Positions 20,879 to 30,648 of a DNA stretch of 64,000 bases are shown here, piece by piece. Each line of letters starts with the position of its first letter. Positions within the stretch are counted from its first letter, which is position 1. This DNA comes from Polyangia bacterium (GTDB lineage Bacteria > Myxococcota_A > Polyangia > JAAYKL01), in NCBI GenBank assembly GCA_050287845.1, contig JBNKCR010000012.1, positions 38,124-102,123 on the forward strand. The letters run 5' to 3'. The translations under genes and the position numbers were made by a program. Under the pieces are notes generated by a model that had not been told where the DNA came from, did not search any database, and was given only the letters and a program-made list of their open reading frames with translations.

Positions 20879-22048
20879 ATGCGTGGAAAAGGTAAATCAG
20901 TTTATTATCGAAATGTTGCGTTGAGATGGATACTCTCGTGGTCGCTGCTGTGTGTTTTCGCGCTCGTAGCGGCGGGGTTGGGGGGATGTGATGATTCCTG
21001 GAAAAGCGCCGGCGGCGGTGACTATGAGGACTTCGGGCTGGGTAAAGTGGTTTCAATGAATTTCACTTCTGAGGAAATTTCGTGCATGCGCAGCAGCACG
21101 TACGCCAAACCATCGGTTCGGACGGCTGTATTCATCGACGGGAAACTGTATCCCGCCAGTGTTTCTTTTTCCGGCGCCACCAGTGTGGATGATTATCGAA
21201 AGAACTACGAAGTCGTGCTCGATAGTCCATACAGGGGCAGACACGTGTATCGTATCAATTCCATGCCCACGGATTCGTCCGCCAGCCGGGCCATGCTGTC
21301 GTATACAGTGTTTGAACGCATGGGATTTGATATGCCCCACTATGAGCCGATGGCGCTGTGGATTAACGATGAGTATGCGGGTCTGTATCTGTGGCAGGAA
21401 AAAATAGATGAAACGTATTTCACAGCGCGGGATAAGGAGCCGGTGTCTCTGTATCAGGCAGAGGATTCGGTGGCCCGAATGGACGACACTTCCAATCTGG
21501 AGGCGGCGTTTTCGGTGAAAGTCGGTTCAAAGGAAATGGTGGATTTAAAGTACGTGATCCAGTTGCTTATGGCTACTGAAGACGAACAGAATTGCGCCCG
21601 GCTTTCACAGGTGCTCGATGTGGACAGTGTGTTGCGGTATATGGCGGTGGCCGCATACCTGGCAAGTCACGATGGGATTGTGAACAATTTTTATCTGGCC
21701 AGAGTGAAAGGCGATCAGCGATTGAGCATTCTGCCATGGGATTTGGATCGCACATTCATGGGCACGGTGGATATGGCGGATGGTGAATTTTTCAGCCGCA
21801 ATTTGATGATGACCCGTTTCTGGAGCGAAGACGGACCGTATGGCGAGCTGTATCGGAATTATTATATGAAAACACGTCGCGTGGCGGACGCCGCTTTTCT
21901 GGAAAACCTACTGGACGAATGGGCATCCTTCGTTCGGGAAGCGTACGAAAACGACCCGTTTCTATCCACCGGCGCCATGACTTTCGATGAGCACATCGCC
22001 GAAATCAAAGGCCATATTGAAGATACCAACGCGTCCATTGCGCAGTGA
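20879..22048 (+). CDS. CotH kinase family lipoprotein
   Basis: Lipobox LGGC; RKNYEV, INDEYAGLYLWQEKID, DGIVNNFYL, ILPWDLDRTF are CotH-family motifs. Confidence 0.85.
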   Translation: MRGKGKSVYYRNVALRWILSWSLLCVFALVAAGLGGCDDSWKSAGGGDYEDFGLGKVVSMNFTSEEISCMRSSTYAKPSVRTAVFIDGKLYPASVSFSGATSVDDYRKNYEVVLDSPYRGRHVYRINSMPTDSSASRAMLSYTVFERMGFDMPHYEPMALWINDEYAGLYLWQEKIDETYFTARDKEPVSLYQAEDSVARMDDTSNLEAAFSVKVGSKEMVDLKYVIQLLMATEDEQNCARLSQVLDVDSVLRYMAVAAYLASHDGIVNNFYLARVKGDQRLSILPWDLDRTFMGTVDMADGEFFSRNLMMTRFWSEDGPYGELYRNYYMKTRRVADAAFLENLLDEWASFVREAYENDPFLSTGAMTFDEHIAEIKGHIEDTNASIAQ

Positions 22049-22144
22049 TTCAATCTGAACCCCGAAATCGGATGCCGTACCGGTCAGATAACTGTAATAT
22101 TGATGCGGTCTGGTATCCTGAAGCCGGTGCCGGGAAAGCGAATT

Positions 22145-23911
22145 TTACGCTTTTTTCGTATCCAGCCGCCTATACCATCTGAAGTATAGCCACACAGCGG
22201 ATACCAGCCAGATGATGCCGCCGTACAGCATTGTTTCCCACTTATGGAGCAACAGGGAGATGACCATGACCACGCCGCTGAGGTGCCAGGCGATGGCAAA
22301 GGGAATGTTGGCGATGTCGCGCTGATTTTCGCTGGCGGCGAGGGTGACCTGGGTCTCCGTCATGGTTGCGCGGACGCGGCGCCACCACCCGAATGGACGG
22401 ATTTCCTTCCAGAAGCGCTTCAGCACCTCCGGGGAAGTTGGCGGGGTGGCCAGGGAAACCGCAACACCGGTCACCAGCGAGATAAGCCAGGTGGATGGAA
22501 AAGAAATGAACAGGGGCAAACCGGGCAGTATCAGTCGAAATCCAATGGCCACAAGCAGACCGGCGCCAGTCGAAGCGGCGAAACCGAAACCGTTGAACCT
22601 GTCCCAGTACCAGCGCAAAATAATCGGCGCAAAGAGTCCTGCAGAGAGCGGGCCGGTAATCCATCCCCAGATGGACTCGATGCTGGGAATGAAATACCCG
22701 GTGGCCGTGGCGCCGATTGCCAGGGCGGCACTGGCCAGGTAACTCTGCTTCATCAGTTGCTTCCGGGTGGCATCCGGCGAGAGATACCGCTGGTAGATGT
22801 CTCTCACCCAGTAGGCGGCGCCTGCATTGACCGTTGAATCAAACGTGGACATGGCGGCTGCTATCAACCCGGCAACCACCATTCCCTTCAAACCAGCCGG
22901 AATCAGCCTGTCCACCACCCTGGGGAGTGCCTGTTCGGGATCGGCGCGCAGGATGTCGTTCATATCCGTGCTGGTCTGCGATAGCCAGAGCGCCAGAACA
23001 GCGACGCCGATTATCAGCGCCCAGCGAAAGAGCAGCAACAGAATCCATTCCACGGTCATCAATCCGGCTTCCCGCTCATTGCGGGCGGCGTAGTAGCGTT
23101 GGGGCATGTAGCCGCCGGTCAATCCGCCGGCCCCTTCAAAGAGTCCCCGGGCTATCCAGAAAATCACGGTTAATCCGAAGAAGTGATAAATGCCTGACGA
23201 AGAGAGCCAGGTCATCGGTGGGGCCGTCCACATGGGGGTGAAGCTGGCCCAGCTGTTCCCGGCAGCAGCGATAATATCGGCCTGATTGGGAAGCAGAAAC
23301 GCTTTGACGCCAACGTAGATACCCGCGATAATCATCAGCAGCTCCTGGGCCAGATCGGTGAAGATAACACCGTACAGGCCCGAAAGCGTGGTGTATGCCA
23401 CGGCAATGACAATCAGGATCAGCGCACACAGCTCCGGCGGCCACCCAAGGAATACGGAGAGGAATTTGCCGGTGCCCTCTACAAAGTAGGTGAGAAACGC
23501 CAGGGTCACGATGAGGTTGGCCACCGCGCTGAGCAGGCGGGCGGCCTGTCCCGGTGTGCCGCTGCCAAATCGAAACTCCATCCATTCTGCCGTGGTCATC
23601 ACATTGGAACGACGCAACCACTTGGCCATGTACACCATCAGCAATCCCAGGGGCAGACACATCCCGCCGCGCATGGCTACCCAGAAGCCCTGCAACCCAA
23701 TGGCAAAGATGAACGAGACCATTATCATGGTCCCGGTCATATCAAAGTTGGATGCGGTGCCCGAAGCGCCCAGTACCCACCAGGGCACGGTGCGGCCTCC
23801 CAGAAAATAGTTTTCGATACCGCGGGCAGCTTTTTTCCGCAGAAATATCCCCAGCAGGAGGGTGAACAGAAAGTAACAGATGATAATGAGTGTGTCGACT
23901 GTGCCGAGCAT
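22145..23911 (-). CDS. sodium:solute symporter family transporter
   Basis: YFLGGRTVPWW, YTTLSGLYGVIFTD, GLIAAAMSTFDS; many TM helices. Confidence 0.92.
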   Translation of the reverse strand: MLGTVDTLIIICYFLFTLLLGIFLRKKAARGIENYFLGGRTVPWWVLGASGTASNFDMTGTMIMVSFIFAIGLQGFWVAMRGGMCLPLGLLMVYMAKWLRRSNVMTTAEWMEFRFGSGTPGQAARLLSAVANLIVTLAFLTYFVEGTGKFLSVFLGWPPELCALILIVIAVAYTTLSGLYGVIFTDLAQELLMIIAGIYVGVKAFLLPNQADIIAAAGNSWASFTPMWTAPPMTWLSSSGIYHFFGLTVIFWIARGLFEGAGGLTGGYMPQRYYAARNEREAGLMTVEWILLLLFRWALIIGVAVLALWLSQTSTDMNDILRADPEQALPRVVDRLIPAGLKGMVVAGLIAAAMSTFDSTVNAGAAYWVRDIYQRYLSPDATRKQLMKQSYLASAALAIGATATGYFIPSIESIWGWITGPLSAGLFAPIILRWYWDRFNGFGFAASTGAGLLVAIGFRLILPGLPLFISFPSTWLISLVTGVAVSLATPPTSPEVLKRFWKEIRPFGWWRRVRATMTETQVTLAASENQRDIANIPFAIAWHLSGVVMVISLLLHKWETMLYGGIIWLVSAVWLYFRWYRRLDTKKA

Positions 23912-24038
23912 CTGACAACCCCTTCTGCGGTTTCATTCCGGCTTGATTTGGTGGATTCACAGGTATTCTAAAGCGATTGGCTCTGGATGCAAGTGGAATT
24001 CAGATGTAGACTGAGTATAAGGAAAGAAGGAAATTAGT

Positions 24039-24440
24039 ATGGTATTTACGGTTGTTCTGGTGGCAGTTCCCGCTCTGATTGGCGCCATCGTGTATTCGAT
24101 GTTGCTCCTCGGAAAATATCGACCTTTCCGAAAGCGGCCAAAAACACAGAGAAAGTTGCTGCTGGCGGTCACGTATTTCTTTTCAATCGGTTTGCTGGCA
24201 TTGATTCTTACGGCAATTGGAATGATGCTGGTGGTTGGGATTGTGGGGATTTTGGTGCTCTGTATTTTTGACATCATCGGTATCGCCATTCTGTCGCGGC
24301 GATTCATCATTCGCAAAAAACGCCGACAAATGAGACGCGAAGTAAAAGAAATGCGAGCCCGCCTTAAAAAACTGGACGCCGAAATCAACAGCATGAACGC
24401 CGGTCTCCCGCCAGCCTCCGGCAAAGACATCAGTGAATAA
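24039..24440 (+). CDS. small membrane protein, unknown function
   Basis: Three hydrophobic segments and basic coiled-coil tail; AAGGA RBS. Confidence 0.6.
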   Translation: MVFTVVLVAVPALIGAIVYSMLLLGKYRPFRKRPKTQRKLLLAVTYFFSIGLLALILTAIGMMLVVGIVGILVLCIFDIIGIAILSRRFIIRKKRRQMRREVKEMRARLKKLDAEINSMNAGLPPASGKDISE

Positions 24441-24456
24441 TCAGATATAAACCCCA

Positions 24457-24604
24457 GTGACAGATGTCACGGTGTGACGGATGTCCCCATGGGCGGACGC
24501 TGACAGTTTGTGACCGGGCGGAACCTGACGTTCCATGTGTCACACCCTTTTGTTTTTTTCAACGCTATGGAATTCGCGAAAAAGGTCATTGGTACAGGTA
24601 TTGC
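24457..24604 (+). promoter_or_regulatory. sigma54 (-24/-12) promoter with upstream palindromic enhancer sites
   Basis: TGGTAC-AGGTA-TTGC at 24590-24604 (GG-N10-GC); perfect palindrome GTGACAgaTGTCAC 24457-24470 and a second copy GTGACGgaTGTCCC 24474-24487; T-rich IHF-like tract between. Confidence 0.75.
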
Positions 24605-24667
24605 TGAAACAGGCGGGTGAAAGCAGGGAACCCCCCAGCCGGGGTAAACGCCGTTGAAGGAGTAACT

Positions 24668-26785
24668 ATGTCAAAATCCCTTTTAAATCCAAAGTCTGTG
24701 GCTATTATCGGGGCGTCCGCCAAGCCGGGAAAAGTGGGGTACGAAATTCTGTCCAATCTGGTAAAGGGGAAATTTCCCGGTCCCATCGTGCCGGTGAATC
24801 CCGGCGCAACTGAAATCTGCGGGGTGAAGTGTTACCCCAGGCTGAAGGAATACGGCGACAAGATTGAATTGGCGGTGATTGTGGTGCCCCCGGCGGCGGT
24901 GTATGACGCTGTTCGGGACGCTATTTATCAGGGGGCCAAGGCGGTTATCGTGATCACCGCCGGCTTCCGGGAAGTGAATGCGGAAGGTCTCGAAATGGAA
25001 AACCGCATCGCTGCGCTATGTGAAGAGCACCGGGTGAAATTGCTGGGCCCCAACTGTCTGGGCGTCATCAATCCCCATCACAATCTCAACGCCTCGTTTG
25101 CCGCGCATATGCCGGACAAAGGAGGCATTTCATTCATCAGCCAGTCCGGCGCCCTCTGCACCGCCATATTGGACTGGGCCATGGCCCGTCATCTGGGATT
25201 GGCGCGTATGGTGAGCATGGGCAACAAGGCCGGACTGGATGAAAGTGACTTTCTGGGATATCTGGCAAACGACGATGAAACCAAAGTGATTGTGGGCTAT
25301 CTGGAAAGCATTCAGGATGGCAAACTGTTCATGAAATCGGCCAGGAACGCGTCGTCAAAAAAACCCGTGGTGATATTCAAGTCCGGTGTGACCCAGGCAG
25401 GCGGAAAGGCCGCTTCGAGTCATACGGGCAGTCTGGCCGGAGCGGACATGGCGTACGGCGCCGCGTTTTCCCGATCGGGCGTGGTTCGCGCGGATACTTT
25501 CGAATCGATGTTTGATTACGCCATGGCCTTTGCCATGCAACCGCTGCCCAAGGGGGATCGGGTGGCAATTATTACCAACGCCGGTGGGCCGGGGATCATG
25601 GCAGCGGACGCGGTGGAACTCTCCGGGATGCAGGTCAGTCCCCTCGAAAAAGCCCATGCCAGTTCTCTGGCTGCGAAATTGCCCAAGGCCGCCAGTGTGT
25701 CCAACCCCATTGACGTGCTGGGCGATGCGGATCCCCAGCGCTACGTGGACGCGGTGGTGGCTGCGCAGCAGGATAGCTCCATCGATGCCATTATTGTGAT
25801 TCTGACACCCCAGGCCATGAGCAATCCCGATCAGACCGCCATAGAAATTGCCCACTGCGCCACCTCTGCAAAACCCATTCTGGTGTCATTCATGGGAGGC
25901 ATGGATGTGCTGGAAGCAAGAGAGAAACTGGTGGCCAATAACATTCCAGACTATCCGTCACCGGAGCGTGCGGTGAATGCCCTGAAGGCCATGTGGGATT
26001 ACAACCGCTGGCTGAAGCGCCCGCCACGGGTACTCACCCGGTTCCCGGTGAACCGTCATCGCGTGGAACGTCTGATTAACCGACAGCGAAAAACCAGTCA
26101 GCTTCAGCTGGGTGAAGCTGCGGCAAAGGAGATTTTAAAGGCTTACGATTTCAAGGTTCCGGTGGGGGCGCTGGCCCAATCCAGAGACGAAGCAGTGGGC
26201 ATTGCGACCCGCGCCGGGTTTCCGGTGGCCATGAAGATAGCGTCCCCCGATATCATTCACAAGTCCGATATGGGCGGCGTGAAACTGAACCTGGGAGATG
26301 CAGGCGCGGTGGAGGATGCGTACGATCTCATGATGCTGCGGATTCGGGAACGCGCGCCCGAGGCGGATATTCACGGCGTGTATGTGGAGAAAATGTGCAA
26401 GCGGGGCAGGGAAGTGATTCTGGGAATGACCCGGGACCCGCAATTTGGCCCCATGCTGATGTTCGGTCTCGGAGGCATTTTTGTGGAAGTCATGAAAGAC
26501 GTTACTTTTAACATTGCGCCGGTAACCCACGACGAAGCCATGCAGATGCTGGAGAGCACCAAATCGTTTGCATTGCTTAAAGGCACCCGGGGACAGAAAG
26601 AAGTGGACCTTGCCGCCATAGCCGTGGCACTGCAACGCATCAGTCAGCTGGTGACAGAGTTTCCGGAAATACAGGAAATGGATATCAATCCGTTCATGGT
26701 GGGAGAAATCGGTGAGGAGTCCATTGCCGCGGACGCGCGAATCACTCTGGCTTCTGCCCAGATACCCAGCGAGGTAAAAAAATGA
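24668..26785 (+). CDS. acetate/acyl-CoA ligase (ADP-forming), fused alpha+beta
   Basis: VAIIGAS, LLGPNCLG, ISQSGAL, AASSHTGSLAG (phospho-His retained), ATP-grasp HKSDMGGV, FGPMLMFGLGG, EMDINP; AAGGAG RBS. Confidence 0.92.
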   Translation: MSKSLLNPKSVAIIGASAKPGKVGYEILSNLVKGKFPGPIVPVNPGATEICGVKCYPRLKEYGDKIELAVIVVPPAAVYDAVRDAIYQGAKAVIVITAGFREVNAEGLEMENRIAALCEEHRVKLLGPNCLGVINPHHNLNASFAAHMPDKGGISFISQSGALCTAILDWAMARHLGLARMVSMGNKAGLDESDFLGYLANDDETKVIVGYLESIQDGKLFMKSARNASSKKPVVIFKSGVTQAGGKAASSHTGSLAGADMAYGAAFSRSGVVRADTFESMFDYAMAFAMQPLPKGDRVAIITNAGGPGIMAADAVELSGMQVSPLEKAHASSLAAKLPKAASVSNPIDVLGDADPQRYVDAVVAAQQDSSIDAIIVILTPQAMSNPDQTAIEIAHCATSAKPILVSFMGGMDVLEAREKLVANNIPDYPSPERAVNALKAMWDYNRWLKRPPRVLTRFPVNRHRVERLINRQRKTSQLQLGEAAAKEILKAYDFKVPVGALAQSRDEAVGIATRAGFPVAMKIASPDIIHKSDMGGVKLNLGDAGAVEDAYDLMMLRIRERAPEADIHGVYVEKMCKRGREVILGMTRDPQFGPMLMFGLGGIFVEVMKDVTFNIAPVTHDEAMQMLESTKSFALLKGTRGQKEVDLAAIAVALQRISQLVTEFPEIQEMDINPFMVGEIGEESIAADARITLASAQIPSEVKK

Positions 26786-28641
26786 CAAGTGTAATTGATT
26801 GGCAAAAAGAATACGACAGCATGATTGCATCTGCGGATGACGCAGTGAAATACATCAAGTCCGGTCATCGGGTGTTTGTGGGCACCGGCTGTGCCCAACC
26901 GGAGGCTCTGGTGGATGCACTGGTAAACCGGGGAGCGGATTTGGTGGATACAGAAATTGTCCATCTGCTCACCCTGGGGCATGCCCCCTATGCAGCGGAG
27001 GAACTCTCGAAAAACTTCAGAGTGAACAGCTTTTTTATTTCAAAGAATGTGCGGGAGATCATTCAGGAAGGACTGGGAGACTACACCCCCATTTTTCTCT
27101 CGGACATTCCCAGACTGTTTTCCAGTGGTCAGCTGCCGCTGGATGTGGCCCTGGTCCAGGTGACTCCCCCTGACGATAGAGGCATGTGCAGTCTGGGGAT
27201 TTCGGTCGATATTGTAAAAAGCGCGGTGGCCAACGCCAAGTACGTGATTGCCCAGGTGAACACCCGGATGCCGCGAACAGCGGGTAACAGCTGTATCAGC
27301 ATTTACGATCTGGACGTGCTGGTGCCGTCGGATGTGCCATTGATTGAGGTGCCAACCGATGAACCCACGGATGTGAGCCGGCAGATTGGCGAATACGTGG
27401 CGGCGCTGGTGGAAGATGGCAGTACCATTGAGTTCGGCATTGGTGAGATTCCCCAGTCGGTGGTTCCGTATCTGAAAGACAAAAAGAACCTGGGCATTCA
27501 TACGGAGATGTTTACCGATGCCATCATTGAACTGGTGGAGTCCGGGGCGGTGGACGGATCCCGCAAGAGCATTGACAAAGGCAAAGTCGTTGCATCGTTC
27601 TGTATGGGGACCCGGCGTCTGTACGATTATATCGATGGCAATGACATCTTCGCATTTCATCCAACGGAATACGTGAATGACCCGTTTATTATTGGTTCGG
27701 GGTACAAACAGGTGGCCATCAATGTGGCGCTGGAAGTGGATCTTACCGGTCAGGTGTGCGCGGATTCTCTTGGCAAACGCTTTTACTCGGGGATTGGGGG
27801 ACAAGTGGATTTCAACCGGGGGGCCGCGCGAAGCGAGGGGGGTAAATGTATTATTGCCATGCCATCCACTGCGAAAAATGGAACCGTATCCAGAATCAAG
27901 TCTATTCTCGATCCGGGCGCCGGGGTGGTGACCACCCGGGGCGATGTGCAGTATGTGGTGACTGAATACGGCGTGGCATATCTCCATGGAAAGAGCGTTC
28001 AGGAACGGGCTATTGCCTTGATTTCCATTGCCCATCCCGATTTTCGGGCGGAGCTGACCCGGGAAGCGGTGGCCGCCCGTTATCTGCGTCCGGACCACGC
28101 GGCCATTGAAGGAAAAATTCTGGTGGGACCGCGGGATTATAATGCCGTGCATATTATGGATGATGGGACAATGCTGTCATTCCGGGCGATGCATCCCACC
28201 GATGAGCCGAGATTGACGGGTCTCATTCACACGCTGTCGAAGGAGACCATGTACTATCGGTTCATGCACCAGATGAAAACCGTGGAGCGTAAGGAAATTC
28301 AGAATTTTGTGTACATCAACCATCGTACAGACGTGGCGATTGTAGCGACGCTTCCAGAGGCCTACGGCGACGAAATTGTGGGCATTGGCAGATACTACCT
28401 CGACCAGAGCACCAATATGGCGGAGTTGGCTTTCGTGGTGCGGGACGACTGGCAGAACAGAGGAATTGGCTCCGCCCTGTTCAAGCACCTGTCGCTCATT
28501 GCGGTTCGCAACGGAATCAGTGGATTCACCGCGGAGGTGTTGCGGGAAAATATTGCCATGCAGGCGGTGATTAACAAATGCGAGTTCGATGTGAAGAGCA
28601 AACCGAGCGGGAATGTGTACAGTTTTAATATTCGATTTTGA
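26782..28641 (+). CDS. acetyl-CoA hydrolase/CoA-transferase fused to C-terminal GNAT acetyltransferase
   Basis: GIHTEMFTD, EVDLTGQVCADS, SGIGGQVDF, VVTEYGVA; GNAT AELAFVVRDDWQNRGIGSAL, VLRENIAM; overlaps the upstream stop (ATGA). Confidence 0.9.
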   Translation: MTSVIDWQKEYDSMIASADDAVKYIKSGHRVFVGTGCAQPEALVDALVNRGADLVDTEIVHLLTLGHAPYAAEELSKNFRVNSFFISKNVREIIQEGLGDYTPIFLSDIPRLFSSGQLPLDVALVQVTPPDDRGMCSLGISVDIVKSAVANAKYVIAQVNTRMPRTAGNSCISIYDLDVLVPSDVPLIEVPTDEPTDVSRQIGEYVAALVEDGSTIEFGIGEIPQSVVPYLKDKKNLGIHTEMFTDAIIELVESGAVDGSRKSIDKGKVVASFCMGTRRLYDYIDGNDIFAFHPTEYVNDPFIIGSGYKQVAINVALEVDLTGQVCADSLGKRFYSGIGGQVDFNRGAARSEGGKCIIAMPSTAKNGTVSRIKSILDPGAGVVTTRGDVQYVVTEYGVAYLHGKSVQERAIALISIAHPDFRAELTREAVAARYLRPDHAAIEGKILVGPRDYNAVHIMDDGTMLSFRAMHPTDEPRLTGLIHTLSKETMYYRFMHQMKTVERKEIQNFVYINHRTDVAIVATLPEAYGDEIVGIGRYYLDQSTNMAELAFVVRDDWQNRGIGSALFKHLSLIAVRNGISGFTAEVLRENIAMQAVINKCEFDVKSKPSGNVYSFNIRF

Positions 28642-28659
28642 AGTAACGGAAGTTTACGG

Positions 28660-29811
28660 ATGCGAGACAAAAACACGCATAAGCAAATTTTATTCATGCA
28701 TACACCAGTGCTTGATTCGGGGGGCTATCCCGATGGTTGTCCTTTCAACAGCAGGCGGGGCGGGCGGACGCTGGCAACCATAGAATCATTGGGGATGCTG
28801 GATGAACCGCGGGTTCGGGTAATGGCGCCGGTTGCGGTCACCCGGGATGAGGCCCTGTGGTTTCATACCGGGGCGTATCTGGATGTGTTGGAACAGACCA
28901 GTCGGGGAGAGCACAATTTCAAAGCGCTGAAAATGGGAATCGGTACGCCGGATTGTCCGGTGTTCACCGACATGCTCAATTTCTCGCTCATGGCTTCGGG
29001 GGGAACATTGACTGGCGCCAGATTGCTCATGGATGGAAAAGCCGGCGTCGTGTTCAATCCCCATGGGGGGTTTCATCATGCGCATGCGGCCAGTGCGGGA
29101 GGATTCTGCTACATCAACGATGTGGTCATCGCGGCAAAGGAACTGGTGTCCGCCGGGCGCAAGGTGGTGGTACTCGATTTGGATGCCCACCACCTCGACG
29201 GTGTGCAGGACGCATTCTATGACTCGGACAGTGTGACCACCATTTCACTTCATGAAAACGGAAAGACCCTGTTTCCCGGCACCGGTCATGAGAACGAACA
29301 GGGGATTGGGAAGGGCCAGGGGCATTCCATCAATATTCCGCTGCCGGTGGGCACCTTCGATGATATTTACCGGTACGCATTTGTCCAGGTGGTGGAGCCG
29401 TTGCTGGAGCATCTGGCGCCGGACGTGTTGATTCTCGAACTGGGAATGGATGGTCTGGCCGGTGATCCGCTGGCGCATCTCAATCTGACCAACAATGTGT
29501 ATGCCGAGTTACTCGAAAGAATAATGCGGCTGAATGTGCCGATTCTTGCCGTGGGAGGTGGTGGATACAATGTGCGGGACACTGTGCGAAGCTGGGCGCT
29601 GTGCTGGAGTGTGCTGTCCGGAACCGCCGAAGATGATATGGCGATGATGGCCGGTATGGGCGGCGTGATGCTGGAAAATACCGCCTGGTTCGGTGGATTG
29701 AGGGACCGGACACTCCTGTCACACGGCGGGTATCGGGATGAGGTGGAAAAAGAAATTAAACGCGTAGTGCATTATTTGAAAGATACTGTTTTTCCCATCC
29801 ATGGGATCTGA
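28660..29811 (+). CDS. Zn-dependent deacetylase, histone deacetylase/AcuC family
   Basis: GGFHHA, GFCYIND, DLDAHH, TISLHE, FPGTG, DPLAHL, GGGGY. Confidence 0.9.
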   Translation: MRDKNTHKQILFMHTPVLDSGGYPDGCPFNSRRGGRTLATIESLGMLDEPRVRVMAPVAVTRDEALWFHTGAYLDVLEQTSRGEHNFKALKMGIGTPDCPVFTDMLNFSLMASGGTLTGARLLMDGKAGVVFNPHGGFHHAHAASAGGFCYINDVVIAAKELVSAGRKVVVLDLDAHHLDGVQDAFYDSDSVTTISLHENGKTLFPGTGHENEQGIGKGQGHSINIPLPVGTFDDIYRYAFVQVVEPLLEHLAPDVLILELGMDGLAGDPLAHLNLTNNVYAELLERIMRLNVPILAVGGGGYNVRDTVRSWALCWSVLSGTAEDDMAMMAGMGGVMLENTAWFGGLRDRTLLSHGGYRDEVEKEIKRVVHYLKDTVFPIHGI

Positions 29812-29845
29812 CCCATCACTTCCGGTGGGTACGTCACCACTCATG

Positions 29846-30604
29846 TCAGTGATGTTGTTGCTTTTTTCGCGTCACTGACAAATCCATCAGGTGGGAAGGA
29901 TGAACATGTTTGAGTGCGCCGAGCATGACATTGCGCAAGGTGGGATGGGACTCCTGGACCGCATCCAGCAACTCATTGACATACCGGCGTTTGTGGTCCT
30001 CCTGACCGCTGCACAGGGCGCAGGGGATAATCGGGAACTGCTGCGCATCGCAAAGTGCAATCAACTCCGACTCGGGGACCTCAATCATGGGACGGATGAC
30101 TTCAAACCGGCCATCGTCGGTGGTGTACCTGGGGGGCATGGCCTGCATTTTACCCGCATAGAAAAGATTCATCATTAAAGTGGCCAGCGTGTCCTCCCGG
30201 TGATGGCCCAGGGCAATTTTGTTGCAGCCGAGACGTTCAGCGCGGGTGTAGATAATGCCCCGCCGCAGTCTGGAGCAGATGGAACACGGCGTGCCTCCGT
30301 CTTTGAGGTTGCGCTGCACCACAGAATACGTGTCTTCCCGGGCGATTTCATAGGCGATGCCGCTGCTGTCCAGCCATTCAATGAGCGGGGTGGGATCGAC
30401 GCCCGGTTGTCCCTGAGCAACATGCAGCGCTGTAATTTCAATATGAAAAGGGAGCCGTTTCTTCAGGGTATGCAGCAGATACAGCAATCCGTAGCTGTCT
30501 TTACCGCCACTGATGGCCACAAGGATGCGATCATCGGGTTCGATGATACCGTAGGTGCCGGAGGTCTTCGCGATGGTTCTGATAATTTTGTCTTCAAGTT
30601 GCAA
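29846..30604 (-). CDS. ttcA: tRNA 2-thiocytidine(32) synthetase
   Basis: PP-loop SGGKDS, CSICSRLRRG, LGHHRED, IIPCALC. Confidence 0.93.
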   Translation of the reverse strand: MQLEDKIIRTIAKTSGTYGIIEPDDRILVAISGGKDSYGLLYLLHTLKKRLPFHIEITALHVAQGQPGVDPTPLIEWLDSSGIAYEIAREDTYSVVQRNLKDGGTPCSICSRLRRGIIYTRAERLGCNKIALGHHREDTLATLMMNLFYAGKMQAMPPRYTTDDGRFEVIRPMIEVPESELIALCDAQQFPIIPCALCSGQEDHKRRYVNELLDAVQESHPTLRNVMLGALKHVHPSHLMDLSVTRKKQQHH

Positions 30605-30648
30605 AGGTCTGTTTCTCTTGCTGGGCGCGTGGTCGAAGGCGCATGGTG

